Shown: positions 20,427-29,209 of the stretch, one piece after another
Layout: every line of letters starts with the position of its first letter
Position numbering within the stretch: position 1 is the stretch's first letter
Assembly (NCBI GenBank): GCA_963727805.1
Contig: CAVSHF010000005.1
Location: forward strand, 704,001-768,000
DNA from: an uncultured Nitrospiraceae bacterium
Lineage (GTDB): Bacteria > Nitrospirota > Thermodesulfovibrionia > Thermodesulfovibrionales > Dissulfurispiraceae
Length of the DNA: 64,000 bases
Direction of reading: 5' to 3'
The notes under the pieces: generated by a model
What the model was told of the DNA's origin: nothing
What the model saw: only the letters and a program-made list of their open reading frames with translations
Databases searched by the model: none
Program-made: the position numbers and the translations under genes

Positions 20427-21995
20427 TCAACCTTTTCCCCGCAAAAGCTTGTATTCAATGCTGTCGACCAGTGCCTGCCAGGATGCTTCGATGATATTTT
20501 CGGAAACACCCACGGTACCCCACCGGGCCTCCTCGTCACCGCTCTCAACAAGGACACGCACCTTGGCGGAGGTGCCTTTGCCGGCAGTAAGAACACGCAC
20601 CTTGTAATCCTGAAGTCTAACCTTCTTCAACTCAGGATAGAACTTTTCAAGAGCCTTTCGCAGGGCATTATCAAGCGCGTTGACCGGACCCTGTCCTGTA
20701 GCGGCGGTATGTTCGACGTTCTTGCCAACCTTCACCATAATAGTAGCTTCGCTCAGAGAGTCCTCGTTTTCCTTCCGCTTCTCGATAATCACCCTAAATC
20801 CGATAAGGTCGAAAAATCTCCGGTGAAGCCCCAAGGCCTTCTTTAGAAGCAGCTCAAAGGATGCTTCCGCACCCTCAAACTGGAAGCCCTGGTGCTCCAG
20901 AACCTTCAGCTCGTCGATGATCGTTTGCAACTCAGGAGAGTCAGGCTCGATACGAATATGAAACTCCTCGGCCTTTCTCATGACATTGCTTCTGCCGGCA
21001 AGATCGGAGATGAGCACCCTCTGGGAATTGCCAACAAGTTCCGGCTTGATGTGCTCATATGTTTCCGGCCTGCGCCGTACCGCACTCACATGGATGCCGC
21101 CTTTGTGCGCGAAGGCGCTATCTCCGACAAAGGACTGGCGCTTGAAATGTCTCATGTTGGCGATCTCGTTCACAAACCGTGCGACATCCCTCAATCGCCT
21201 GAGTTGATCATCAGCAATACAGTGATATCCAAGTTTGAGCTGCAGGTTCGGAAGGACTGAAATAAGATTGGCGTTGCCGCACCGCTCACCGAAGCCGTTG
21301 ACAGTACCCTGCACTTGCGAAGCACCGTTTTCGACGGCGAGCAGAGAGTTGGCGACGGCGCAATCGGAATCGTTATGGGCATGGATGCCGAACGGCCTAT
21401 TCATTTTTTTTGCGACAATCCGGACTATTTCAGCCACCTCGTTTGGCAGCGAGCCGCCGTTGGTATCACAGAGCACGAGGCATTCCGCACCAGCCTTTTC
21501 AGCGGCGAGAAGGCATTTTATCGCGTATTCGGGGTTGTCTTTGTATCCATTGAAAAAATGTTCTGCATCAAAAAAAACCTTGTCGACGTATTTCTTCAGG
21601 AAAGCGATTGATTCATGGATGATTTCAAGGTTTGCGTTAAGCGAGATTTTGAGAGCTTCCCTTACATGAAAATCCCATGTTTTGCCAAAGACCGTCAGGG
21701 CCTTTGCTTTCGATTCAAGAAGGGCTTTCAGCCCAGGGTCATCTTCGGCCTTGTGTCTCGGGTTGTGTGTGCTTCCGAAAGCGACTATGACTGCATTCGA
21801 GAGCGGCAGTTTTCTGATTTTTTTGAAATACTCGATGTCTTTCGGGTTAGAGCCGGGCATGCCGCCCTCAATATAGTGAACGCCGAAGTCATCGAGCTTT
21901 TCCGATATCCTCAGCTTGTCTTCGACCGAAAAGGCTATATCTTCAGCTTGGGCACCGTCCCTCAGTGTTGTATCATATATTTCTATCCTGCGCAT
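20427..21995 (-). CDS. cimA: Citramalate synthase (CimA, LeuA-family)
   Basis: [45 protein letters not shown] and C-terminal regulatory domain; follows lysC. Confidence 0.9.
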   Translation of the reverse strand: MRRIEIYDTTLRDGAQAEDIAFSVEDKLRISEKLDDFGVHYIEGGMPGSNPKDIEYFKKIRKLPLSNAVIVAFGSTHNPRHKAEDDPGLKALLESKAKALTVFGKTWDFHVREALKISLNANLEIIHESIAFLKKYVDKVFFDAEHFFNGYKDNPEYAIKCLLAAEKAGAECLVLCDTNGGSLPNEVAEIVRIVAKKMNRPFGIHAHNDSDCAVANSLLAVENGASQVQGTVNGFGERCGNANLISVLPNLQLKLGYHCIADDQLRRLRDVARFVNEIANMRHFKRQSFVGDSAFAHKGGIHVSAVRRRPETYEHIKPELVGNSQRVLISDLAGRSNVMRKAEEFHIRIEPDSPELQTIIDELKVLEHQGFQFEGAEASFELLLKKALGLHRRFFDLIGFRVIIEKRKENEDSLSEATIMVKVGKNVEHTAATGQGPVNALDNALRKALEKFYPELKKVRLQDYKVRVLTAGKGTSAKVRVLVESGDEEARWGTVGVSENIIEASWQALVDSIEYKLLRGKG

Positions 21996-22002
21996 TCGAT
22001 CC

Positions 22003-23223
22003 TCAACGCTTCTTTTCGAGTCCGAATCGCTCGTGCAAAACACGTACTGCAAGCTCCGTGTATTTTGCATTGATCAAACAGGATACTTTTATCTCGGAGG
22101 TGCTGATCGCCATGATGTTAACCCCATGGCTCGCAAGGGTCTCGAACATCTCGGCTGCCACTCCTGAATGGGTCCTCATGCCCACGCCTACGATCGATAT
22201 CTTCGCAAGGTCGTCCCGCACGGCTACGCCCTTGGCACCAAGGGCCTTCGCAACCTCCTCTACAATCTGGAGCGCCTTTTTGCTTTCGCTTTTGGGGACT
22301 GTAAAAGAGATGTCCGCCGAAAGTCCGTCACTGCTCACGTTCTGGACGATCACATCGACGACAATATTTGCACTGGCGATTTTATTGAAAAGCGTGGCGG
22401 CAATGCCCGGCTGGTCGGGAACGCTCAAAACGGTAATCTTTGCCTGATTCTTATCATATGCCACTCCGGATACCACAACCTTTTCCATATCTTGATCCTC
22501 CTTGGTAACAAGCGTGCCGGGATTATTATTGAAACTGGAACGCACCACAACAGGAACATTGTAATTCATTGCGAACTCGACAGATCTCGTCTGGAGCACT
22601 TTCGCTCCTAGGCTCGCAAGTTCAAGCATCTCTTCATAAGATATTTTATCGAGTTTCTGCGCCTCGGGGACGATGTTCGGGTCTGTAGTATAGACCCCGT
22701 CGACATCAGTATATATCTCGCACAGATCGGCATTGATTGCCGCAGCAACAGCAACCGCGGAGAGGTCGGACCCTCCTCTGCCCAGGGTAGTGATGTCGCC
22801 ATCTTCGGTAATACCCTGAAACCCCGCGAGGACAACGCAGTATCCCTCATCAAGAGACCTCTTCAACTTATCCGCAACGATCTTCTCTATTTTTGCCTTG
22901 GTATGGACTGCGTCGGTCATAATCCCAGCCTGTCGGCCCGTAAGCGCCGCAGCCTTCTGTCCAAGGTCACAGATCGCCATGGCGGTAAGGGCCGTTGTCA
23001 CCCGTTCTCCCGACGAGAGGAGCAAGTCCATCTCCCTCTCCGGAGGATTGGATGCGACCTGATGCGCAAGTTCTATGAGCTTGTCCGTCTCTCCGGACAT
23101 GGCGGAGACAACAACCACAACCTTGTGCCCCTGCCGGAGAGTCAAGACAACACGCTCGGCAACAGCCTTGATCCGTTCGGTATTCCCTACCGAAGTGCCG
23201 CCGTACTTCTGAACTATGATCAT
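22003..23223 (-). CDS. lysC: Aspartate kinase
   Basis: [34 protein letters not shown]; two ACT domains. Confidence 0.96.
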   Translation of the reverse strand: MIIVQKYGGTSVGNTERIKAVAERVVLTLRQGHKVVVVVSAMSGETDKLIELAHQVASNPPEREMDLLLSSGERVTTALTAMAICDLGQKAAALTGRQAGIMTDAVHTKAKIEKIVADKLKRSLDEGYCVVLAGFQGITEDGDITTLGRGGSDLSAVAVAAAINADLCEIYTDVDGVYTTDPNIVPEAQKLDKISYEEMLELASLGAKVLQTRSVEFAMNYNVPVVVRSSFNNNPGTLVTKEDQDMEKVVVSGVAYDKNQAKITVLSVPDQPGIAATLFNKIASANIVVDVIVQNVSSDGLSADISFTVPKSESKKALQIVEEVAKALGAKGVAVRDDLAKISIVGVGMRTHSGVAAEMFETLASHGVNIMAISTSEIKVSCLINAKYTELAVRVLHERFGLEKKR

Positions 23224-24444
23224 TTAAACGAGGACCTCCTTGATAAAATAATCCATAAGAGTATGTCCCTTTTCGACAACCCTGATATCGTCCTTTTCTG
23301 CAATCAATTCGTCGTAGGTTGCGCCGATATTATGCCTTTCATGACGGCTGTCATACACTACAAAGGGAACCGGCTCGCTCGTATGCGTCCGCTCTTTGAT
23401 CGGTGTCGCATGGTCCGGCATGAGAAGCAGCCTGAACGCGCCGAAACGCTCTTTCATCCCGCTGAGGACCGGACCAATCAAAAGTGCGTCAAGATCTTCA
23501 ATAGCTTTCAGCTTATATTGGAGGTTCCCCGAATGGCCTGCCTCATCAGGAGCCTCCACGTGGATATACACAAAATCGGCGTTATCCAGCGCATTCAGAG
23601 CATATTCAGCCTTGCCCTTGTAGTTTGTATCTATCCAGCCCGTTGCTCCCGGCACATTGATAATCTTGAGGCCGGCGCAGACGCCGAGCCCCTTCGTGAG
23701 ATCAACGGCAGAGATGAGGGCGCCTGTTATTCCATACTTTTCGTAATACTTCGGAACTGACGGTTTCTTACCCTGACCCCAGAGCCAGATACTGGTTGCA
23801 AGCCTCTTGCCCGCTGCACGCCGTCTATCGTTGACCGGATGGCGCTGCATGATCGCCACAGATCGTTCCATTAAGTGCCGCAAAAACGGGCTTCCTTCGC
23901 CCGAAGGAAGGTACTCCGCCACCGGTCGGTCAAGGATATCATGAGGCGGCGTGCACGTAGCCTTTACACTCCCCCTTCTCCAGATCATCAGATGACGGTA
24001 ACTCACACCGGGATAAAAGACCACCTCATCACTCTTCAATTCTTTATTCAGTGCCGAGATCAACTCCCGTCCTTCCTCACTCGTGATATGTCCGCTGCTG
24101 TAATCCTGCATTATCGCACAGGAACTATAGCTGTTGAATGCAAGCGTCACAAGATTACAACGGTAAGCAACGTCATCATCTTGGAGCTCTATCCCCATGC
24201 TTGCCGCCTCAAGCGGCGCTCTTCCCGTATAATATCTGGCTGGGTCGTAACCCATGATGCTTAGATTGGCAACGTCAGAGCCGGGAGGGAAACCACTGGG
24301 GATGGTTCGCACCATGCCGATCTCTCCCTTCCTTGCGAGCCAGTCCATATTCGGCGTCGCCGCTTTCTGGAGCACCGTCAAGCCGCCCGTCGCATCCATT
24401 GGCCTGTCGGCCATTCCATCGCCAACAATAACGACATATTTCAT
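23224..24444 (-). CDS. Cofactor-independent phosphoglycerate mutase-like protein (ApgM family; proposed homoserine kinase by context)
   Basis: GDGMAD, PGSDVAN, GRAPLEA, HVEAPDEAGH, DHATP. Confidence 0.88.
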   Translation of the reverse strand: MKYVVIVGDGMADRPMDATGGLTVLQKAATPNMDWLARKGEIGMVRTIPSGFPPGSDVANLSIMGYDPARYYTGRAPLEAASMGIELQDDDVAYRCNLVTLAFNSYSSCAIMQDYSSGHITSEEGRELISALNKELKSDEVVFYPGVSYRHLMIWRRGSVKATCTPPHDILDRPVAEYLPSGEGSPFLRHLMERSVAIMQRHPVNDRRRAAGKRLATSIWLWGQGKKPSVPKYYEKYGITGALISAVDLTKGLGVCAGLKIINVPGATGWIDTNYKGKAEYALNALDNADFVYIHVEAPDEAGHSGNLQYKLKAIEDLDALLIGPVLSGMKERFGAFRLLLMPDHATPIKERTHTSEPVPFVVYDSRHERHNIGATYDELIAEKDDIRVVEKGHTLMDYFIKEVLV

Positions 24445-24962
24445 AAGATATTGTCTATCATCTTTCTGACGTCGGCGAGATCAGACTTCACCTTCACCGC
24501 GTCTCCGGAGACCTTGAAAACCATATCCGGGTCTTTGAAGCCATTTCCGGTCGGGGTACATACTATTATCTTGCCTTTATCAAAGACACCTTTGCTATAT
24601 TTCTTGATTCCCCCCGCAAGGGATGCAGCAGAAACAGGCACGCAGAAAATGCCCTCCACAGAAGCGATGAGTTTATAAGCAGCGATGATTTCCTTATCCG
24701 TAACTGCATCAATCTGTCCGCCGGATTCATCGTGCGCCGCCACCGCACTGGGCCAGCTCGCAGGATCGCCGATTCTGATAGCGGTAGCGATAGGTTCGGG
24801 CTTCTCTGTGGGATGACCCAAAACAATCGGCGCAGCCCAGTCAGCTTGAAACTCAAACATCTGCGGCAGACTTTTGATAAGACCTTGGCTGTGGTATTCC
24901 TTATACCATTTCCAAGAAAATCGTGAACCACCACTTGCTATTTCCATTAAATCTCCATGCAT
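24441..24962 (-). pseudogene. thrC: Truncated, decaying threonine synthase (C-terminal half only)
   Basis: Matches the ThrC C-terminus (IATAIRIG.PASW, AVTD.EI..AY, EGIFC, KDPD). The N-terminal half with the PLP lysine is absent and several conserved residues are changed. Confidence 0.82.
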
Positions 24963-25024
24963 TGCGTGTATGGGTAAGAGGCTAACGAGTTTCTTTACCT
25001 TTACTTATTTACACATTCATCAAT

Positions 25025-25261
25025 TTACTCTATGACGTCTCCATCGATTAGTTGAACCTGAACTCCCTGATTTTGCAGAGCGTTGAGGCCTTTTTCGAGG
25101 TTCTCTTCAGTGCCTTCGAGCTCAAGGATCATCTCCCCTACCGTATCGGTCACCCGCGCCCTTCTGATGTTGGGCATGATACCATAACTCTTCGCCATCG
25201 TAAAAATGATCGGCTCTTTAACGAGGTGCTGCGGGAAGGTCAGTTTGACCCGCCTCTTCAT
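25025..25261 (-). CDS. NIL domain protein
   Basis: RVKLTFP...EPII...PNIRRARV...GEMILELEG; GGAGG SD. Confidence 0.85.
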   Translation of the reverse strand: MKRRVKLTFPQHLVKEPIIFTMAKSYGIMPNIRRARVTDTVGEMILELEGTEENLEKGLNALQNQGVQVQLIDGDVIE

Positions 25262-25270
25262 AGTCCCTCC

Positions 25271-25588
25271 TTATTGTTCTCTAGAAAGCGAATTACTAAG
25301 CCCTCCCGCGATGGCGGGAATAAGAGTTATCTCATCCCCGTCTTTGACTGGCGTCTGCTCTCCCTGCAGGGATCGTATGTCCTCTTCCTTGACATAGATA
25401 TTGATAAATCTCCTAATCTTACCCGCTTCGGTAATCTTTTCCTCGAATCCCGGATATTTCTTGTCGAGGTCGCGGATAAGATCGCTAACCGTCAGCAGTT
25501 CGCTATTTCTGCCGGGGAGCACCTCAATCTCTTCTCTGCCTTGGGTAAGCGTTTGAAGAAAGGTCGGGATTCTCACCTTTATAGCCAT
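25271..25588 (-). CDS. MoaD/ThiS/CysO-family ubiquitin-like sulfur carrier with a C-terminal extension after GG
   Basis: MAIKVRIPT.L, RRFINIYV..EDIR.LQG..T, DGDEITLIPAIAGG followed by LSNSLSREQ. Confidence 0.9.
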   Translation of the reverse strand: MAIKVRIPTFLQTLTQGREEIEVLPGRNSELLTVSDLIRDLDKKYPGFEEKITEAGKIRRFINIYVKEEDIRSLQGEQTPVKDGDEITLIPAIAGGLSNSLSREQ

Positions 25589-26236
25589 TTCATCTCCGTG
25601 CCTGGATATGAATTCCAGCGCATTTCTTCATTTTCTAGATTAAAAAAGTAAATTGTATTCTACCCCAAAGCATATATAAAATCAAAGCCCACAACTGCCT
25701 ATAAGTGGTTATATTTATGAAGGTTTTTGATCAGATCGTCAGACGCCGACACACATGATGATTTCCAAAGTGATGCTACCTCCTGCAATCGCGTATCTAG
25801 AATCTCCGATACTTGTGCCATTTATAAGGACCTTCTCGGGTTTAATCTCTCTTTCTTCCACAATTCAGAAGCCCCATTTCCCTAATCCTCATTTTGGCAG
25901 CCGGATTAACTTTGTTCATCTTCTGTGCGACACCTGTACAATTCAGAGGCGCTTGGTTTGCGGATTATGTTGTAGAGACATCGCTCGTTGCACTTCACGT
26001 CCAGCCCCGCAAGACTTTTTTGGAATAGCATGCGGGCAACTATCTGCCTGCGGCAACAATATTCGTTCCCTCTATCACAGTGACTCCGCCTTTTACCGTA
26101 GTAGGACAGAGACTCCTCGGTTTCCGCTCCCTCCCGATTCCCATTTTCTTATTAATGGGATTCATCGTGGTTTTCTGCATCTTGACAGCTGAAGGGTCAA
26201 AAAAAGATTCCATGAAAAGCTACACTCCAGACAAAG

Positions 26237-27994
26237 ATGAGTACATGTGCAAGTTGCCCTCATTTTCCTCATACTGCCGACATCATTAATTTAATACCAT
26301 GCTGCAGAGCCGTGGTATTCGTCAAAAAGCGGGAAGTTTGCTATATTGTATATGTGCAGACTAATCCTGTAGAAAGAACCTCGCCGGTAACGGGAAAGAA
26401 GAGAATAGAAAATCTTGCCATCGCAATCTGTCTTCTTTTCGTTCTGTTGCCCTCTAACGCCCTGGCCTTTGTGACTCACGATTATCCCGCCACGTTCATA
26501 AATGAGGCGGCCCGCGTCTATTTCCTGATTGTCTGCATCATGGTGTTGTGGGCAATGCTCCGAAACAACCTGCAAAAAGAAAAGGGCTGGCGTTACACTT
26601 TCGTTTCCCTCATTTGTTTTATCATATGGGATATGGTTGTATTTGCCGGTCAGATATCCGCCCAAAGGATAGACCCTTCTCATTTTATAGGGAGCAACGA
26701 GGGATTCGAATACTTTAAAAGAAGCATGATACTCCACGAAAATGACTATTTCTATTATTTTGCAAGCTTTGACTATGTGATCATCGATATAGCAATGCTC
26801 CTTTTTTATAGAGGACTGACAGAGCATTTAGCCGAAGATAATAAGAATTCTTCAGCAGCATCCATGGCGGTTGTCCTGCCTCTTTTGCCGGTATTTGCCA
26901 CCTCCTTCGCTGGGTCTGTCATATTCATAGTGTTCGCCGTTTTGAGCCTCCTTGCAAGCCTTAATCTTTATAGAAGAGACCGGGATAATATTTTATGGAA
27001 TTACATGATATGGCTATCATCATCGTTTGTTGTTTGGTCCGTTTCGCGTGCAATTGGGCACGTTCTTCAGCATGTCCTAATAGCGTCTGGATCAAGGGAT
27101 ATGTGGAAGGAGATAGAGCCGATCAGCGGCAGCATTAATATTATCAGTTTCTTCATTGTAGGTTCGATCAGCATCTTTTTCATCAGGATGTATGATATTC
27201 ACGTGAGGATTCTTAATGATAAGAAAAAGATAGAAAACATCAATTCGGAAATGACGGAGTTAAACCAGGAACTTGAGGAAATTGTTGCTGAAAGGACAAT
27301 GGGTCTCATGGCACTAACCGTTGCCGATAAGATTAGAAACCCTGCGGCCGTAATAGGGCTTGTTTGCAGGCGCGTTCTCAAAAATAAAAAACAGGATGAG
27401 CATCTCAGTAAAGAACTCCTGGATGTGATCCAGGAATGCGAAAAATTGCAGAACGTAGTGGGCGACTTTGAAAATCTGCTAAAAACCAGGCGCTCTCAGT
27501 TTACTTATGAGAACCTCAACGACATCGCAAGAGAGGTAGTTCTGATAATTGCCGAAGAAGCCGAAAACAAGGGCGTGCTCATGTCAATTCATCTTTTTGA
27601 CAAGCCTTTAAAAATGAATATACAGAAAAGTCTTTTGAGGGTCGCTATCTTTCACGTTCTAAGAAATGCAATTGATGCAACTCCAGAAGGTGGCTTGATT
27701 CGGCTCACTACTTCGATTGAGGACGACTGCGTGGTACTTACCATATCCGACTCAGGCCCCGGAATCCACGCAGAAGATATCGAGATCATATTTGATATAT
27801 TCTACAGCACGAAACGGAAGGGATTCGGAATGGGACTGCCACTTGTGAAACAGATCGTTACAGAACATCTGGGAGAGGTAAGGGTCGAAAGCGAAGTGGG
27901 TAAGGGCACCACGTTCAAGATGATATTTCCCTCACGATGGACAGAGGACAGGCACATTCGCACAACCCCCGGAATTTCAGATAAGAAGGGTTAG
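26237..27994 (+). CDS. Multi-TM sensor histidine kinase-like protein with an atypical H-box
   Basis: Many TM helices, coiled coil, ADKIRNP H-box region, HATPase motifs RNA, DSGPGI, FYSTK, GFGMGL and GKGTTF. The true start is uncertain and probably downstream of 26237. Confidence 0.85.
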   Translation: MSTCASCPHFPHTADIINLIPCCRAVVFVKKREVCYIVYVQTNPVERTSPVTGKKRIENLAIAICLLFVLLPSNALAFVTHDYPATFINEAARVYFLIVCIMVLWAMLRNNLQKEKGWRYTFVSLICFIIWDMVVFAGQISAQRIDPSHFIGSNEGFEYFKRSMILHENDYFYYFASFDYVIIDIAMLLFYRGLTEHLAEDNKNSSAASMAVVLPLLPVFATSFAGSVIFIVFAVLSLLASLNLYRRDRDNILWNYMIWLSSSFVVWSVSRAIGHVLQHVLIASGSRDMWKEIEPISGSINIISFFIVGSISIFFIRMYDIHVRILNDKKKIENINSEMTELNQELEEIVAERTMGLMALTVADKIRNPAAVIGLVCRRVLKNKKQDEHLSKELLDVIQECEKLQNVVGDFENLLKTRRSQFTYENLNDIAREVVLIIAEEAENKGVLMSIHLFDKPLKMNIQKSLLRVAIFHVLRNAIDATPEGGLIRLTTSIEDDCVVLTISDSGPGIHAEDIEIIFDIFYSTKRKGFGMGLPLVKQIVTEHLGEVRVESEVGKGTTFKMIFPSRWTEDRHIRTTPGISDKKG

Positions 27995-28422
27995 GGAACA
28001 ACTGCGATCTCTACACCCCTAACTTCTCCTTCTTTTATCGAAAAACCTTTTATGGCAGGCTCGGTTTCCATGAGGCTAATTATTACATAGACGACTTCTT
28101 CATAAAAAGCTAGCTCTTTATCCCTGGTGGACGGAAAGGCGGGGGAAGAAGGATGCGAGTGATAAATAGCGGTCATCCAGAGTGATTTACTTACCAATTC
28201 CTTCATTACTCCGAACTGCTCGGTGGGATCCATAAGAAAACTTACCGGTGATGGCTCGATATTGATCATCCGGTATATTTCGGATACAAGCATATCTCTG
28301 CCCGCAAGAATACCGCACGCTTCGTTGGGATATTCTTCCCTACAATGCGCAATCATAGATTCAAAGAGTGCGACCGGGATATCAACATGGCCTCGGCCCG
28401 CTTCAGGATTCGCCGGCTCCAT
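27991..28422 (-). CDS. JAMM/MPN+ (M67, Mec-like) metallopeptidase
   Basis: PNEACGIL and YHSHPSSPAFPSTRD (E...HxH-x7-SxxD intact). Confidence 0.92.
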   Translation of the reverse strand: MEPANPEAGRGHVDIPVALFESMIAHCREEYPNEACGILAGRDMLVSEIYRMINIEPSPVSFLMDPTEQFGVMKELVSKSLWMTAIYHSHPSSPAFPSTRDKELAFYEEVVYVIISLMETEPAIKGFSIKEGEVRGVEIAVVP

Positions 28423-29203
28423 ATTCCTGCTCACTCAGCGAAATAATCCTGGGGTGCTCGCCGCATACAGGGCATTCAGGGTTTCTGCGGACCTTGACGC
28501 GCCTGAACTTAGTGGTCAGTCCATCGAAAATAAGAAGCCGTTCCTTGAGAATACGGCCTTTGCCGAGTATGAGTTTAATGACCTCAAGTGCCTGTAAAGT
28601 ACCGATCACTCCCGGGATTGCCCCGACAAGTCCCCCTACCTGAAGTGTATTTATGATACTTGCCGGCGGCATATCTTCAAAGAGGCAACGATAACAATGC
28701 CCTTCGCCCGGAAGGACTGTCGTAAGCTGGCCTTCGAACTTGAGAATAGCGCCGCTTACAAGTTTTTTTTTCAGAAGCACGCAGGCATCGTTGACCAAAA
28801 ACCGCGTCCGGAAATTGTCACTGCAGTCTACAACGATGTCGTAGTCTTTGATAAACTCCATGATATTGCTACAAGAGAGCCTTTCTCGTATAGGTCTCAC
28901 GCTTGTGTCAGGGTTTAAAGCTTCTAAAACCGCTTTTGCGGAATCAACCTTCGGCACGCCAAGCGTCTTTGTGCTGTGGACAATCTGCCTCTGGAGATTG
29001 CTCAGTTCAACGATATCATCGTCTATGAGGGCAAGATTCCCGACGCCCGCTGCAGTGAGATAATATCCGACAGGCGAGCCGAGCCCCCCTGCGCCGACAA
29101 TGAAGACCTTCGCTGCCAGCAGCCTCTCCTGACCCGCACCCCCTACCTCGGGAAGTATTAAATGGCGGCTATATCGCTGTATCTGAGCCTCGGAAAAGAC
29201 CAT
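28403..29203 (-). CDS. HesA/MoeB/ThiF-family E1-like adenylyltransferase, no rhodanese domain
   Basis: RYSRHLIL, GAGGLGS, SNLQRQ, DCSDNF, CYRC and CPVC. Confidence 0.93.
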   Translation of the reverse strand: MVFSEAQIQRYSRHLILPEVGGAGQERLLAAKVFIVGAGGLGSPVGYYLTAAGVGNLALIDDDIVELSNLQRQIVHSTKTLGVPKVDSAKAVLEALNPDTSVRPIRERLSCSNIMEFIKDYDIVVDCSDNFRTRFLVNDACVLLKKKLVSGAILKFEGQLTTVLPGEGHCYRCLFEDMPPASIINTLQVGGLVGAIPGVIGTLQALEVIKLILGKGRILKERLLIFDGLTTKFRRVKVRRNPECPVCGEHPRIISLSEQEYGAGES

Positions 29204-29209
29204 CTTTCC

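Noticed and set aside
21996..22070. N-terminal extension of the cimA ORF in the track
   Set aside because: It overlaps the lysC 3' end; the ATG at 21995 has a GAGG SD and matches the family start.
22903..23760. 285-aa plus-strand ORF
   Set aside because: Antisense shadow of lysC and apgM.
25755..26289. ORFs of 145 and 69 aa, and a possible SAM or cobalamin riboswitch or sigma54 promoter upstream of the carrier gene
   Set aside because: The ORFs lack SD sequences and protein-like features; no riboswitch core motifs were recognised; the minus-strand TGGCAC lacks a correctly spaced GC.
27991..29203. E1 plus JAMM as a CBASS- or Bil-type anti-phage system
   Set aside because: No CD-NTase, E2 or effector gene; the metabolic context and CysO-like carrier point to sulfur transfer.
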